DNA of 64,000 nt. Origin: Amoebidium appalachense. Its lineage: Eukaryota > Protista > Ichthyosporea. The position numbers and the translations under genes are program-made. The notes below the pieces were generated by a model. The model ran no database searches, was not told the origin of the DNA, and worked only from the letters and a program-made list of their open reading frames with translations. Each line of letters opens with the position of its first letter. Within the stretch, counting starts at the first letter, position 1. Below are positions 63,217-64,000 of the stretch, piece by piece. The stretch is from assembly GCA_963693365.1 (NCBI GenBank), contig CAVNZM010000007.1, positions 8,057,962-8,121,961 on the forward strand, given 5' to 3'.

Positions 63217-64000
63217 TGTAACATTTGGGAGTTGTGCCTGCTGGTATTTGCTTGCTTTAGTTCCAAAACCCTGTTTTTTTTTACTGTAGTAAGAGGCTTA
63301 TTATAGACTGGTTTAGTAGCGATGAATATATGTGGTTAAATTCTCTTGTGAAAGCTGAAACCGAGTGATCCAGGGAGATTAACCGTGTGACTGTGCGATG
63401 TTTTGCCTACATAGTTGATCGGGCTCTAAGCTATTGTTAGGTGGATACCGTTTGTTGTTTAATAGTAGTAGTGTTGTTCACGATCATAGTAGTGTAAAAA
63501 TTATCATCTCACGGGGCTGAGGATTTGGACCAGAGGATTCGATAAGCAGTAACTAAGGGTTAAGTGAAGATCTAGTTGGCAAGGACACTGAAACAATATC
63601 ATACAAGTATCAATATATGTATATATATGGCAACATCAAAATATGGACATAAAGCTTCATGGTACGAGATTAACATAAAGCCAGTTGTTTGCAGAATATA
63701 ATGTGATGAGTATAATGAGACGACGGTCGAGACTCGTAATTGAATCCGTACGCATATGCTATGGCTTGGGTGAACCACTTGTTTGTTAGCTCTTTCTGGT
63801 GCTAAAGTGTCTGAAAGCATGCATGCATTAGTGATTGCGGATCTGATGGTTAGCGGTTGGCGTGGAAAGGCAGACGTCTTTATAATGAAGTTCCAACTGA
63901 GTGGTGGCGGGGGGAGAATGGAGGGGGGGGGGGGGGGGGGGGGGAGGGGGGGAGGAGGGGGGGGGGAGACGTGTGGCAAGGAACTCGAGTACGAAGTGTG

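Overview
Eukaryotic DNA with GT-AG spliceosomal introns, probably from a protist. Introns and most intergenic DNA are saturated with (CA/TG)n, (CT/AG)n and poly-C/poly-G tracts, so almost all of the supplied ORF track is microsatellite noise. Manual splicing gives: the 5' end of a secreted protein (minus, runs off the window); an MgtC/SapB-family membrane protein (minus, 5 exons) divergent from prefoldin subunit 2 (plus, 3 exons); a small tail-anchored-type protein (minus) divergent from a DOMON/copper monooxygenase (DBH/MOXD1-like) pseudogene; and two ABCG half-transporters arranged head-to-head about 1 kb apart (18 and 17 exons). Mobile DNA includes a TRIM-like LTR remnant, a MITE with a target-site duplication, and a dispersed intronic repeat family of about 270 nt. 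That family is the most interesting signal. It has at least 12 copies, folds into a G-U-supported multi-stem RNA with a few compensatory changes, has a fixed 3' end abutting poly-C, is 5'-truncated, and lies sense to the host gene in 11 of 12 cases. All gene models and folds were made by eye; no database searches were run.
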